Shown one piece after another: positions 1 through 8,395 of a stretch of DNA of 64,000 bases. How positions within the stretch are numbered: the first letter of the stretch is position 1; each line of letters opens with the position of its first letter. Below the pieces are notes generated by a model. That model made no database searches and was not told the origin of the DNA. It saw only the letters and a program-made list of their open reading frames with translations. A program made the translations under genes and the position numbers. The DNA lies in NCBI GenBank assembly GCA_947084965.1, contig CAMTUG010000001.1, positions 345,293 to 409,292 on the forward strand. Direction: 5' to 3'. The DNA comes from an uncultured Parcubacteria group bacterium. Its GTDB lineage: Bacteria; Patescibacteriota; Patescibacteriia; UBA9934; CAMTUG01.

Positions 1-162
1 GTCATCGCCATTTTTTCTGACAACGATCACTTTGTCCCGCTCGAGAACGTAGAATTTTTCAAAGACCGCCTCGGTGCAGAGACGATCGTTTTGCACGACC
101 GTGGCCATATGGGTGGGGGTGATGGGATTGCGGAGTTGCCCGAGGTTCTGAATGCGGTATAA
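1..162 (+). CDS. 3' fragment of an upstream gene; alpha/beta-hydrolase-like C-terminus (…FVPLENVEFFKDRLGAETIVLHDRGHMGGGDG…*)
   Basis: Open frame 1 runs from the window edge to a TAA at 160-162. The DRGHM motif is typical of the catalytic-His region of serine hydrolases. Confidence 0.35.
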   Translation, partial: VIAIFSDNDHFVPLENVEFFKDRLGAETIVLHDRGHMGGGDGIAELPEVLNAV

Positions 163-163
163 T
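136..163 (+). promoter_or_regulatory. sigma70-like promoter (TTGCCC-16-TATAAT) upstream of 193..546
   Basis: TTGCCC at 136-141 and TATAAT at 158-163, about 30 nt upstream of the ATG at 193. Confidence 0.35.
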
Positions 164-192
164 CGTGGCCTCACGCACTTTCGTTTTACGTT

Positions 193-546
193 ATGATGAG
201 CCATGAAGAGATTTACAAGCGGATCCAGATCAACAAAAAAGAGCGGGCCGAAGCGGCCAAGATGATTCGCGACGAGTTGGCCAATAATGCCAAGTATCAG
301 GCGCTGGCCGAAGAAGCGAAGAAGATTCGTGAGGAGATGGCCTCGATCAAAAACGAAGTGCGCGCTTTTTCTGCCAGCGAAGCGCAGAAGTTAGATGATC
401 TGACCGAAGAGATCAAGACCGACATGCAGTTGCTCACGGACGCAACGATCACCAAGTTTATGGCCGGCGAAACGGTTGAGATCGTGGACGAATGGAATCA
501 AAAGTGGGTGCCGGCGTTTTCGGTGAAGTTCCAAAAGGATCGATAG
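193..546 (+). CDS. hypothetical protein, charged/coiled-coil-like (117 aa)
   Basis: Clean ORF. Its stop sits inside the TAGTATG junction leading into the next gene. Confidence 0.5.
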   Translation: MMSHEEIYKRIQINKKERAEAAKMIRDELANNAKYQALAEEAKKIREEMASIKNEVRAFSASEAQKLDDLTEEIKTDMQLLTDATITKFMAGETVEIVDEWNQKWVPAFSVKFQKDR

Positions 547-547
547 T

Positions 548-1090
548 ATGCCGTGGAAAGTGCATTCAACAAAAGACGTTTATACGAGCAAATGGATGCG
601 CGTGACCGAAGACGAAGTCGAAACCGACTTTGGCAAGCGGCTGATGTATAACGTTTTGCATCGTACAGACTTTTCTCTCGTCATCCCGTGGGATGGGGAG
701 AAGTTTGTTCTTGTCGGACAGTATCGCTATCCGATCGACGCTTACTCCTGGGAGTTTCCGATGGGGAGCGCGGATGAGCATTCGCCGGATGAGGTCGCTG
801 CACGAGAGCTTGCTGAGGAAACCGGGATGACCGCTGGAGTCATGCAAAAGATCGGTATGTTTTATGTGGCCAATGGCCATTGTACGCAGGCCTGCCATGC
901 GTATCTGGCAACGGATCTCGTCGAGGGCGAACAGCATCTAGAAGCTGGCGAAGAAGGGATGGGAGTGAGGCGTGTCAGTTTTGATGCGTTGTCGCAGATG
1001 ATCAACGACGGGACGATCAAAGATGGTCCAACGATCTCCGCCTTTGCGTATCTGCACACGAGCGGTTGGGTCAAGAAGAACATTGGTTGA
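548..1090 (+). CDS. NUDIX hydrolase (ADP-ribose pyrophosphatase-like)
   Basis: NUDIX box G(x5)E(x7)REL.EETG is present (GSADEHSPDEVAARELAEETGM). Confidence 0.75.
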   Translation: MPWKVHSTKDVYTSKWMRVTEDEVETDFGKRLMYNVLHRTDFSLVIPWDGEKFVLVGQYRYPIDAYSWEFPMGSADEHSPDEVAARELAEETGMTAGVMQKIGMFYVANGHCTQACHAYLATDLVEGEQHLEAGEEGMGVRRVSFDALSQMINDGTIKDGPTISAFAYLHTSGWVKKNIG

Positions 1091-1091
1091 T

Positions 1092-2078
1092 ATGTCAGGT
1101 CTTTATCAGCAGATTCTGGATGCCACCGCCGAACTTGATCAGAGTTTTTCTCAGATCCCTGATGAAGACCTGGTGCATTTTCACGCGTCGTTCGAAGTTC
1201 CGACATCACATCCACGAGCAAAGGTCCTTCAAGAATATACGTACGATGTTGCTCCGATGGAAACAGCGTTCGTGGATAAAAAAACGTTGGTGATTATTGA
1301 TGCGGCATTGCAGGACCTGCCGTGGGTTACGAAATCGATCCCTACAGATGCGACAGTTTATTGGATCACGCCCGTTGAATCAGAGACCAAAAACTGTGCT
1401 TGGATTGATGCGTTCATCGAAGAACACAAGCTCGAGAGCGCGGGGATTGAAGTTGTTGTGGCTGTCGGTGGGGGAATTATCACCAACGTTTCGGCGTACA
1501 TCGCTGAAAAGATTGGATCTGATTTGATCTATGTCCCGACTACGGTACTCTCCATGTCCGACGGAGCGATCGGGGGCAAAGTGCGGGCGAATCGTGTGGA
1601 AGGGGCTTCATACCAAAAGCACACGCACAAAAGTTTTTACGAACCGAACCGAATTGTCGTTGATTCGCGATTTCTCGAGGCATTGCCCGATGCACAGATT
1701 CGTGTCGGCATGGGGGAGATTATTAAGCACGGTGTGTATCAATCGCGCCCGCTGCTCCAGTTTCTTGCCTCGGATCAGTTTGATCCATTTAACGATCGTG
1801 CGGTCCTTCTTCGATCAATTCTTTGGGCCGCGGCGTTAAAAGCCGTGTGTTTGGATATTGATCCGGAGGAAACAAAAGAAGGTTCGCATATCATCATGCG
1901 TGGTGCGCACGAGGCGTCCGATAAGATCGAGGAAGGATCAAAGTTTACTATTCCTCACGGGACGGCGGTTGCTCTAGCGATTCGGAATGAACTCATGGCC
2001 TCAAAGAGCGAGCTTCTTCCGTATGTCGAAACGTGTTTCAAAAAGTTTCGAATTGCAGACGAGTATGTCCGAACTTAG
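1092..2078 (+). CDS. 3-dehydroquinate synthase-like / sugar-phosphate cyclase superfamily protein (DHQS / iron-ADH fold)
   Basis: Contains VVAVGGGIITNVSAYIAEKIGSDLIYVPTTVLSMSDGAIGGKVRAN, matching the DHQS-family GGG...PTT..DSS.GGK pattern. Start placed at the ATG at 1092 (MSGLYQQ) rather than the tracked 1023 start, which overlaps the NUDIX gene. Confidence 0.6.
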   Translation: MSGLYQQILDATAELDQSFSQIPDEDLVHFHASFEVPTSHPRAKVLQEYTYDVAPMETAFVDKKTLVIIDAALQDLPWVTKSIPTDATVYWITPVESETKNCAWIDAFIEEHKLESAGIEVVVAVGGGIITNVSAYIAEKIGSDLIYVPTTVLSMSDGAIGGKVRANRVEGASYQKHTHKSFYEPNRIVVDSRFLEALPDAQIRVGMGEIIKHGVYQSRPLLQFLASDQFDPFNDRAVLLRSILWAAALKAVCLDIDPEETKEGSHIIMRGAHEASDKIEEGSKFTIPHGTAVALAIRNELMASKSELLPYVETCFKKFRIADEYVRT

Positions 2079-2496
2079 GCCAAACAAACCAACAGTCGTC
2101 ATTTCCGTCATGGTGATGAAAGAGGGGAAGGTGCTGTTGAATTTTCGCAAAGGGAGTTTTGCGGCGGACAAGTTTGGGGTGGCGGGCGGGAAGCTCGACA
2201 ACATGGAGTCGTTTCAGGCTTGTGCAGAACGTGAATGTTATGAAGAGGCCGGAATCAAGATTGGGCCGGTGCGATTTGTCGGGGTGATGAATAATCATCT
2301 CCATAATCCGACGCATTTTGTGATGATCGGGGTGGTGGCCGACTGGGTAGAAGGAGAGCCGCAGGTGATGGAGCCGGAGAAGTGCGAGAGCTGGGGGTGG
2401 TATGACGTAGCTAACCCGCCGCTCCCGCTGACCGAGGTGAGCGCCTGGCTGATCAAGGCGTATCAATCTGGGGAAACGTATTTGGATGCCGCATAG
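2065..2496 (+). CDS. NUDIX hydrolase
   Basis: NUDIX box GGKLDNMESFQACAERECYEEAGI. Start chosen at MSELRP (2065) to avoid overlapping the upstream gene. Confidence 0.7.
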   Translation: MSELRPNKPTVVISVMVMKEGKVLLNFRKGSFAADKFGVAGGKLDNMESFQACAERECYEEAGIKIGPVRFVGVMNNHLHNPTHFVMIGVVADWVEGEPQVMEPEKCESWGWYDVANPPLPLTEVSAWLIKAYQSGETYLDAA

Positions 2497-2515
2497 TGTG
2501 GTAGGATAGTAACGT

Positions 2516-3499
2516 ATGAAATTTCACGGCTATTCCTTGGCGATCCCGTTTTTGTTGATCCACCTGATGCCGTTCTTCGCCATTTTTACTGGAGTGACGT
2601 GGTTTAGTGTCTTCCTCTGCGCTGTGCTCTATGCCGCGCGGATGTTTTTTATCACCGCTGGTTACCATCGCTACTTTTCGCACCGAACGTACAAACTCGG
2701 CCGGGTGGCCCAGTTTGTGATGGCCCTTGGGGGTACGCTCGCCTGGCAGAAGGGGCCGCTGTGGTGGGCGGCGCATCATCGCAATCATCATCAGTTCTCG
2801 GACACGGATCGTGACATGCATTCACCGACCAAGGGGTTTTGGTGGAGTCATATCGGTTGGATCTTGTCTGAGAAGTCCAAAACCGTTTCGTTTGACAACA
2901 TTCAGGATCTGACCAAGTTCCCGGAACTGCGTTGGCTGGATCGCCATTTTATTTTTCCGTCCGTGATCCTCGGTGCGGTGGTTTTCTTGCTCTGGGGCGC
3001 GAGTGCGTTATTCATCGGTTTCTTCCTCTCGGCTGTACTCGTGAGCCACAACACCTTTTTCATCAACTCTCTGGCCCACGTGTTCGGTCGTCGTCGTTTT
3101 GCTACGCCGGACGCCAGCCGCAACAACTTCTTCCTTGCACTCGCCACATTTGGTGAAGGCTGGCACAACAATCACCATCACTTTATGGCCTCCGCTCGCC
3201 AAGGATTTTTCTGGTGGGAGCTTGATCTGACGTATTATGTGCTGAAGGCACTTTCTTGGATCAACGTCGTCCGTGACTTACACGTGCCACCGAAGATCGT
3301 CCTGATGAAAGACCGCATCATCAGCCGCGCCCACGACATCGGACTTCTTGAATTTAAGCTGACCAAAGCTCGTGCCGCCCTTGCTCGCGTCAAACTCCGT
3401 GCCGGCAAGGTGTACGAACGTCGGCGTGCGCAAGTTGAGTATCTTGAGTCTGAATTGCGTCGTATGATTCATTCAAATACCCAGGTTCGTGCGGTATGA
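2516..3499 (+). CDS. acyl-CoA/acyl-lipid delta-9-type fatty acid desaturase
   Basis: Histidine boxes HRYFSH, HHRNHHQFSD and GEGWHNNHHHF, plus TM segments. Confidence 0.8.
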   Translation: MKFHGYSLAIPFLLIHLMPFFAIFTGVTWFSVFLCAVLYAARMFFITAGYHRYFSHRTYKLGRVAQFVMALGGTLAWQKGPLWWAAHHRNHHQFSDTDRDMHSPTKGFWWSHIGWILSEKSKTVSFDNIQDLTKFPELRWLDRHFIFPSVILGAVVFLLWGASALFIGFFLSAVLVSHNTFFINSLAHVFGRRRFATPDASRNNFFLALATFGEGWHNNHHHFMASARQGFFWWELDLTYYVLKALSWINVVRDLHVPPKIVLMKDRIISRAHDIGLLEFKLTKARAALARVKLRAGKVYERRRAQVEYLESELRRMIHSNTQVRAV

Positions 3500-3747
3500 A
3501 ACTTCGCCCAACGACAATGACCGAAGCGCTTGGTTGGATCGGCGTGGTCGCTATTTTGGCCGCTTACGCCCTCCTTACTCTACGCATTTGGAGTAATACC
3601 AGCATGCTGTATTTTGTTTTCAATGGTATCGGTGCGGTCGGAATTCTCATCGATGCCTTGGCTCAAAAAAATTGGCAGCCCGCCGTCCTTAATCTTTTTT
3701 GGTTGATTCTCGCCGTTATCGGCGCGATCTCATCTATCGTCCTATGA
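3496..3747 (+). CDS. small integral membrane protein
   Basis: 83 aa with two hydrophobic helices. Overlapping ATGA junctions on both sides. Confidence 0.45.
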   Translation: MKLRPTTMTEALGWIGVVAILAAYALLTLRIWSNTSMLYFVFNGIGAVGILIDALAQKNWQPAVLNLFWLILAVIGAISSIVL

Positions 3748-4496
3748 CCAGTCTTCAGCGATCCGTTCGTCAGTGGACCGTTTCGTTCCTCGTGATTGAT
3801 GCCGCCTTTTGGCTGTGGGTGATCGGGACCTGCCTCTTTAATAACCTGGAGTGTGCGGATACCTGGGCGTTTGGAAGTTATTTCTATTACCTCCCATTTT
3901 CAACGATCAACTTTCCTTGGTACGCCAGCGTGACGACGCAAACCGGAGTCGTGGTCGCCAGCTTCCTGACGCTCGTTGCCTGTCACGCCGCGGTTGGTGC
4001 CGTCATTGGTTGGTTGATGAAAGACAAGGCGTTATCCTGGGTGAAATCGATCTTGATCTCATTTGCGATCGTGTTGATCGCCGGTTTTGTACAAGGTTCT
4101 ATCGCTACAACCCAAGAGATCGAACGCGAAACATACACCCAGCTTTGGTCCGTTTATGAAATCGATGAGTCATCCGTGACGTTTAAGGTAGCAGAGTGGC
4201 AGGTTGACGCGGATGTGAACACACCGTTTTATGTGGAAGAAGAGGGTGAGAATTGGCAGGCGCTTGAGAACACAGAGCAGACCGTGGTCAAAGTTCTCTG
4301 TATGTCGGACCGTTGTAAGCAGGAAGAGGACAGCTACGAAGTGATGACCTTTGACGAATACCTCGCCGCGCGCCGCGCCTGTCTCGACGCACCGATCGAC
4401 TGCGCTTACTACAGCATTCACGTCACCCCAGATCTGTTCGACGTGACCTACAACCCGACCGGAATCGTCTTGATGCAAGAACGGTATTTGCCATAA
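3744..4496 (+). CDS. hypothetical membrane protein
   Basis: ORF with several TM helices followed by an acidic C-terminal domain. Start at MTSLQRS (ATGA overlap with the upstream stop). Confidence 0.45.
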   Translation: MTSLQRSVRQWTVSFLVIDAAFWLWVIGTCLFNNLECADTWAFGSYFYYLPFSTINFPWYASVTTQTGVVVASFLTLVACHAAVGAVIGWLMKDKALSWVKSILISFAIVLIAGFVQGSIATTQEIERETYTQLWSVYEIDESSVTFKVAEWQVDADVNTPFYVEEEGENWQALENTEQTVVKVLCMSDRCKQEEDSYEVMTFDEYLAARRACLDAPIDCAYYSIHVTPDLFDVTYNPTGIVLMQERYLP

Positions 4497-4498
4497 CT

Positions 4499-4966
4499 AT
4501 GGCACTAAAAGTTGGAGACAAGGCCCCAGGGTTCGAGCTTCCTGATCAAGACGGAAAGTTGCACACGCTCAAAGAGTACGCGGGGAAGTTTGTATTGCTC
4601 TATTTTTATCCGAAAGATGATACTCCGGGGTGTACCAAAGAGGCCTGTACGATTCGCGATAACTACGGAGCGTTTAAGAAAGCAGGGATCGTTGTGTTAG
4701 GTGCTTCCGTTGATCCGGTGAAAAAGCACAAAAAGTTTGTGGAGAAGTATGATCTTCCGTTCACGCTTTTAGCTGATGAGGAGAAAACGTTAGTCAACGA
4801 TTACGGCGTTTGGGGGAAGAAAAAGTTCATGGGTCGTGAGTACATGGGGATCAAACGCTGGTCGTTTTTGATTGATCCGAAGGGCAAAATTGCGAAAGTC
4901 TATGAAGATGTAAAGCCGGCTGATCACGCGGAGGAGGTGTTGGCGGATGTAAACGCGTTGGTATGA
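4499..4966 (+). CDS. bcp: peroxiredoxin, Bcp-type thiol peroxidase
   Basis: FVLLYFYPKDDTPGCTKEAC peroxidatic-Cys motif. 155 aa. Confidence 0.8.
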   Translation: MALKVGDKAPGFELPDQDGKLHTLKEYAGKFVLLYFYPKDDTPGCTKEACTIRDNYGAFKKAGIVVLGASVDPVKKHKKFVEKYDLPFTLLADEEKTLVNDYGVWGKKKFMGREYMGIKRWSFLIDPKGKIAKVYEDVKPADHAEEVLADVNALV

Positions 4967-5577
4967 AGCTACTAATGATCGATTTTGACGGTGTGTTTGT
5001 CGATTCATTTGAATTGTCGTACGCCGCGAGCATCAAGTCCTCAGGGAAAGAAGTCCCGCGCGAAGAGTATCGCACCTGGTTTCATGGAAATATCTTCGAG
5101 CACTTCGAGGTCGTGAAACAAACCCAGAAAGCCAAACCATCGGCAGAGAATCTGTTTTTCAAACTGTACACGCCGGCGTTGATGGAAGTTCTGCCCGTTG
5201 AGGGGATGAAGGAGTTGGCGCGCGAACTCTCGTCGAAGTATGCGCTGTCAATCGTCTCTTCCACGATCAACGCCCCTTTGCGACAGTATTTACATTTGCA
5301 TGACTTGGGGCAGTTCTTCGACACAATTTTGGGTGGCGATGTGCACACCAGCAAAGTGTTCAAGATCAACATGCTGAAGGAGTTGTATCAGGTCGCTCCG
5401 GAAGATTGTTTGTTCATCACCGACACTCTCGGTGACATTCGTGAAGCGACCAAGTGTGGGGTGCGTTCGATCGCAGTCAGTTGGGGATTTCATGATAAAG
5501 AAACGCTGAAGCAAGGAGAGCCGTCGGCTATTGTAGATTCTCCGGATGAACTCCGTCGAGCCATCGAGGGGATCTAA
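4963..5577 (+). CDS. HAD-superfamily hydrolase
   Basis: N-terminal MIDFDGVFVDS (DxDG motif I). Motifs III/IV appear as ITDTLGDI. Confidence 0.65.
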   Translation: MKLLMIDFDGVFVDSFELSYAASIKSSGKEVPREEYRTWFHGNIFEHFEVVKQTQKAKPSAENLFFKLYTPALMEVLPVEGMKELARELSSKYALSIVSSTINAPLRQYLHLHDLGQFFDTILGGDVHTSKVFKINMLKELYQVAPEDCLFITDTLGDIREATKCGVRSIAVSWGFHDKETLKQGEPSAIVDSPDELRRAIEGI

Positions 5578-5610
5578 ACGATGAACGGACCCGCGAGTGG
5601 CGCGAGTCCG

Positions 5611-5988
5611 TCATTTGTTGTGCTTGGCCCGAGGGACGTCTTGCCCGCGGCGGAGAAGGACGAGCTCGAGAACGATGAGCTGCTTGCCTTCAGGGATGTC
5701 GCCGAAGGTGTCGACGAAGTAGAGCTCTGTGGTCCTTCGATCGCCGTGGTCGAGGGCCGTCAGATCCTCGTGCGCCAGGAGTTCCTCGAGCGTCGGATAT
5801 CTCCGGATGGCCGTCACCAGGCAGGTGCAGGCGTAGTCGCCGCTGCAGATGGTGATCTTCTCGTTGGCCTGGTGTCGGACAAAGACCGTTTCATCCAGGC
5901 GGACCAGGAGGCGCTTGCGGCCTTCTTTGATCGCTTGGAGGGCCCCCTTTTTGACGTGGAGGCGCCACGGGTGTTTTTTGTGACCCAT
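5611..5988 (-). CDS. hypothetical small protein in a high-GC islet (possible paralog of 38789..39163)
   Basis: Minus-strand ORF starting MGHKKHPW, with AGGAGG 6 nt upstream of the ATG. Composition is protein-like, whereas the overlapping plus ORF looks like an antisense artefact. Shares a …EELLAHEDLTAL… stretch with the 38789 gene (EEGQLLAHLESLGY). Confidence 0.45.
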   Translation of the reverse strand: MGHKKHPWRLHVKKGALQAIKEGRKRLLVRLDETVFVRHQANEKITICSGDYACTCLVTAIRRYPTLEELLAHEDLTALDHGDRRTTELYFVDTFGDIPEGKQLIVLELVLLRRGQDVPRAKHNK

Positions 5989-6076
5989 AAGACCTCCTGG
6001 TGGGACAGGGGAGAGTAGCATGTTTGGCGCTAAAGTCAATGCTAGGCTAAAGTTAGCCAAGAAGTAGGCTTTTCCC

Positions 6077-6105
6077 TTGACAAATAGCCCTGAATCGTGT
6101 ATTCT
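6077..6105 (+). promoter_or_regulatory. sigma70-like promoter TTGACA-17-TATTCT
   Basis: Consensus -35 TTGACA at 6077-6082, a 17-nt spacer, and -10 TATTCT at 6100-6105. No ORF follows it. Confidence 0.45.
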
Positions 6106-6262
6106 GGTGTTATTGCAATCGATGCATCGATACGTTTGAACGGTTCCAACGCGATAGGGAGCAATCCAAGGATCTTCGACAGGATTTAGTAACACAGTTT
6201 ACGCCTGACCGACATTCGCCTTTCAAACCCGCCCCGGCCCTTGTGGCCGGGGATTTGGTTTT
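6106..6262 (+). ncRNA. candidate small non-coding RNA (~150 nt) bounded by a promoter and an intrinsic terminator; identity unknown
   Basis: No ORF longer than a few codons. Ends are predicted to pair (GTGTTA at 5' with TAACAC near 6199). Contains a 14-bp palindrome ATCGATGCATCGAT and ends in a GC hairpin plus U-tract. Confidence 0.3.
6232..6262 (+). terminator. rho-independent terminator (CCCCGGCC-cttgt-GGCCGGGG + TTTGGTTTT)
   Basis: Perfect 8-bp GC stem followed by a T-rich tract. Confidence 0.5.
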
Positions 6263-6413
6263 ATCGGACTTTGCAAAATTTGCGATCTGTCGGTTTGCGG
6301 GTCCCTGCTCGCTCGTCATCGTACCTTTTAGTACGTCTCCGAGCTCGCTGTCCCGCGCACCGACATCTCATCAAATTTTGCAAAGTCCGTAATCCGCGCT
6401 AAGATCACCGGGT

Positions 6414-6965
6414 ATGAAGGAATTTGAAACGCGTGTTTTAGGGATTAATAAGGCGGAGCTCGCTAAAAAGCTCGAAGCGCTCGGGGCGAAGAAGGTGAAG
6501 GACGTTCTTCAGAAACGGATCACCTTTGATTATCCGGATCGCCGATTGGACGCCAAGAATGCCTTTATTCGTGTGCGCGATAACGGCTCAGGAAAAGTTG
6601 AGCTTGCGTACAAACGTAATCCACTCAGCTCCGAAGCTGGGGTGAGTGCAAGTGAAGAGATTGAGCTTGAAATTTCGGACATGGGCAAAGCAAAAGCCTT
6701 TTTTGAAGCGATCGGATTGGACGCAAAACAACTGATTGAGACGAAACGCATTACCTACACACTTGATGATTTAACGTTCGATATTGATGAGTGGCCGCTC
6801 CTTCCTCCGTTCGTCGAGGTCGAGGGTCCAAATGAGGCCCGTGTAATGGAAGGCGTCGCTCTCCTTGGATTCACAGAAGCGGATACGTTTCAAGGGGATG
6901 CGGGAAGTATGTATGACCAGAAAGGGATTGATTGGAAGGCGATGAAGGTGATTGCGTTCGATTAG
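6414..6965 (+). CDS. CYTH-domain protein (class IV adenylate cyclase / triphosphatase-like)
   Basis: N-terminal EFETRVL (ExExR/K), and EIELEIS later. 183 aa. Confidence 0.65.
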   Translation: MKEFETRVLGINKAELAKKLEALGAKKVKDVLQKRITFDYPDRRLDAKNAFIRVRDNGSGKVELAYKRNPLSSEAGVSASEEIELEISDMGKAKAFFEAIGLDAKQLIETKRITYTLDDLTFDIDEWPLLPPFVEVEGPNEARVMEGVALLGFTEADTFQGDAGSMYDQKGIDWKAMKVIAFD

Positions 6966-6966
6966 T

Positions 6967-7539
6967 ATGGGTACATTGATTTTGGTGCGGCATGGGGAAT
7001 CAGAATGGAATAAGTTGGGGCTGTGGACGGGGCATACGGATGTGGGTCTTACCGATCTCGGCATCGAGCAAGCGCGGACGGCGGCGGAGCAATTGCGTGA
7101 TCTGGAAGTGCACATCTGTCACACCTCGTCGCTCGGCCGTGTGAAGCGCACTTGGGAGCTGATTCGCGATCACCTCGGTTGGCACCATGTCGATCATCGG
7201 GTGCATGACGCGACGATCGAGCGCGATTACGGAGAACTGACAGGCAAGAACAAATGGCAGATTCAGGCCGAAGTCGGAGAGGAGCTGTTTCAAAAGATTC
7301 GTCGTAGTTGGGATTATCCGGTGCCGGGCGGAGAGACGTTGAAAGATGTGCATACGCGCATGTTGCCGTATTTTGAAACGTGTATTCGGCCGGATGTGGC
7401 GGCGGGGAAGAACGTCATGCTCTGCTCACACGGCAACACCCTCAGAGCACTGGTCAAGCACCTGGAAGAGATCTCTGATGCAGATGTAGCGGCGCTTGAA
7501 ATCGGTTTTGGCGAGGTGCGAACGTATGTGATAGAGTAA
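6967..7539 (+). CDS. histidine phosphatase family protein (phosphoglycerate mutase-like)
   Basis: LILVRHGESEWNKLGLWTGHTDVGLT, the RHGE catalytic motif. Start placed at the ATG at 6967. Confidence 0.7.
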   Translation: MGTLILVRHGESEWNKLGLWTGHTDVGLTDLGIEQARTAAEQLRDLEVHICHTSSLGRVKRTWELIRDHLGWHHVDHRVHDATIERDYGELTGKNKWQIQAEVGEELFQKIRRSWDYPVPGGETLKDVHTRMLPYFETCIRPDVAAGKNVMLCSHGNTLRALVKHLEEISDADVAALEIGFGEVRTYVIE

Positions 7540-7545
7540 TCGCAT

Positions 7546-7917
7546 ATGGCAAAACGCATTTTAATTATTGATGACGAAGTGCAGATTCGTGACCTACTCA
7601 AGTTGATGCTCGTCAAGGAGGGATTCGAAGTGATCGAAGCTGATAACGCCGGGGTTGGCTACGAAACGGCTTGTGCCCAAAAACCGGATCTGATTATCTC
7701 GGACATTATCATGCCGGGCGGTGACGGGCTGACCATGATCGGTCAGATTCGCGAGCATGCCGCCTGCAAAAAAACGCCGATCATCGTCCTTTCCAACCTG
7801 GACGACGAAGGCAGTGTCCAGATCGCAAACGACAGCGGTGTTTCTTGCTTCATCGTCAAAACGAATCTTGTTCCAGAGGTGATCATCCCTAAAGTCAAAG
7901 AGCTGCTCGGTCTTTAA
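7546..7917 (+). CDS. response regulator receiver-domain protein (CheY-like, stand-alone)
   Basis: ILIIDDE…LIISDIIMPG…K. 123 aa with no output domain. Confidence 0.75.
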   Translation: MAKRILIIDDEVQIRDLLKLMLVKEGFEVIEADNAGVGYETACAQKPDLIISDIIMPGGDGLTMIGQIREHAACKKTPIIVLSNLDDEGSVQIANDSGVSCFIVKTNLVPEVIIPKVKELLGL

Positions 7918-7935
7918 TTCTTCGCGTTCAACGCT

Positions 7936-8355
7936 ATGCAAATCGTGGAGGTCAATATCGTGGCGGCCCTTGTGGCCACCGTCGTTGCGTTCGTGGTCGG
8001 AGGGCTGTGGTATTCACCGCTGTTGTTCGGCAAGATGTGGATGAAGGAGATGAAGGCGACGGATGCGGATATCAAAAAGGCAAAAGAGAAAGGGATGGCA
8101 AAAGAGTACGCGCTGCAGTTTGTGGGAACCTTTTTAACGGCGTATGTGTTTGCTCATGTCCTTGCCTATGCAGAGGCCGTTCATGTAAACGAAGCGTTGC
8201 AAGGGGCGTTTTGGATGTGGCTCGGGTTTATCGTTCCCCTACAAATTGCTGCGATCGCTTGGACCAAGAAGAGCTGGACCTGGTTTGCTATTGATGGCGG
8301 ACACTACCTTGTGAGCTTGCTTGCCATGGCTGTTGTTTTGACCTGGATGTCGTAG
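7936..8355 (+). CDS. hypothetical membrane protein (DUF1761-like)
   Basis: 139 aa, several TM helices, WYSPLLFGKMW motif. Confidence 0.45.
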   Translation: MQIVEVNIVAALVATVVAFVVGGLWYSPLLFGKMWMKEMKATDADIKKAKEKGMAKEYALQFVGTFLTAYVFAHVLAYAEAVHVNEALQGAFWMWLGFIVPLQIAAIAWTKKSWTWFAIDGGHYLVSLLAMAVVLTWMS

Positions 8356-8395
8356 TTGCGAGATTTTCATAGGCCGAGTAGAATAGCGACGTTCT

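Noticed and set aside
5581-6018. Plus-strand 145-aa ORF overlapping the minus-strand gene 5611..5988
   Set aside because: Its Ala/Gly/Val/Asp/Glu-rich composition is typical of antisense translation of a high-GC gene. The minus-strand ORF has a diverse composition and a perfect AGGAGG RBS.
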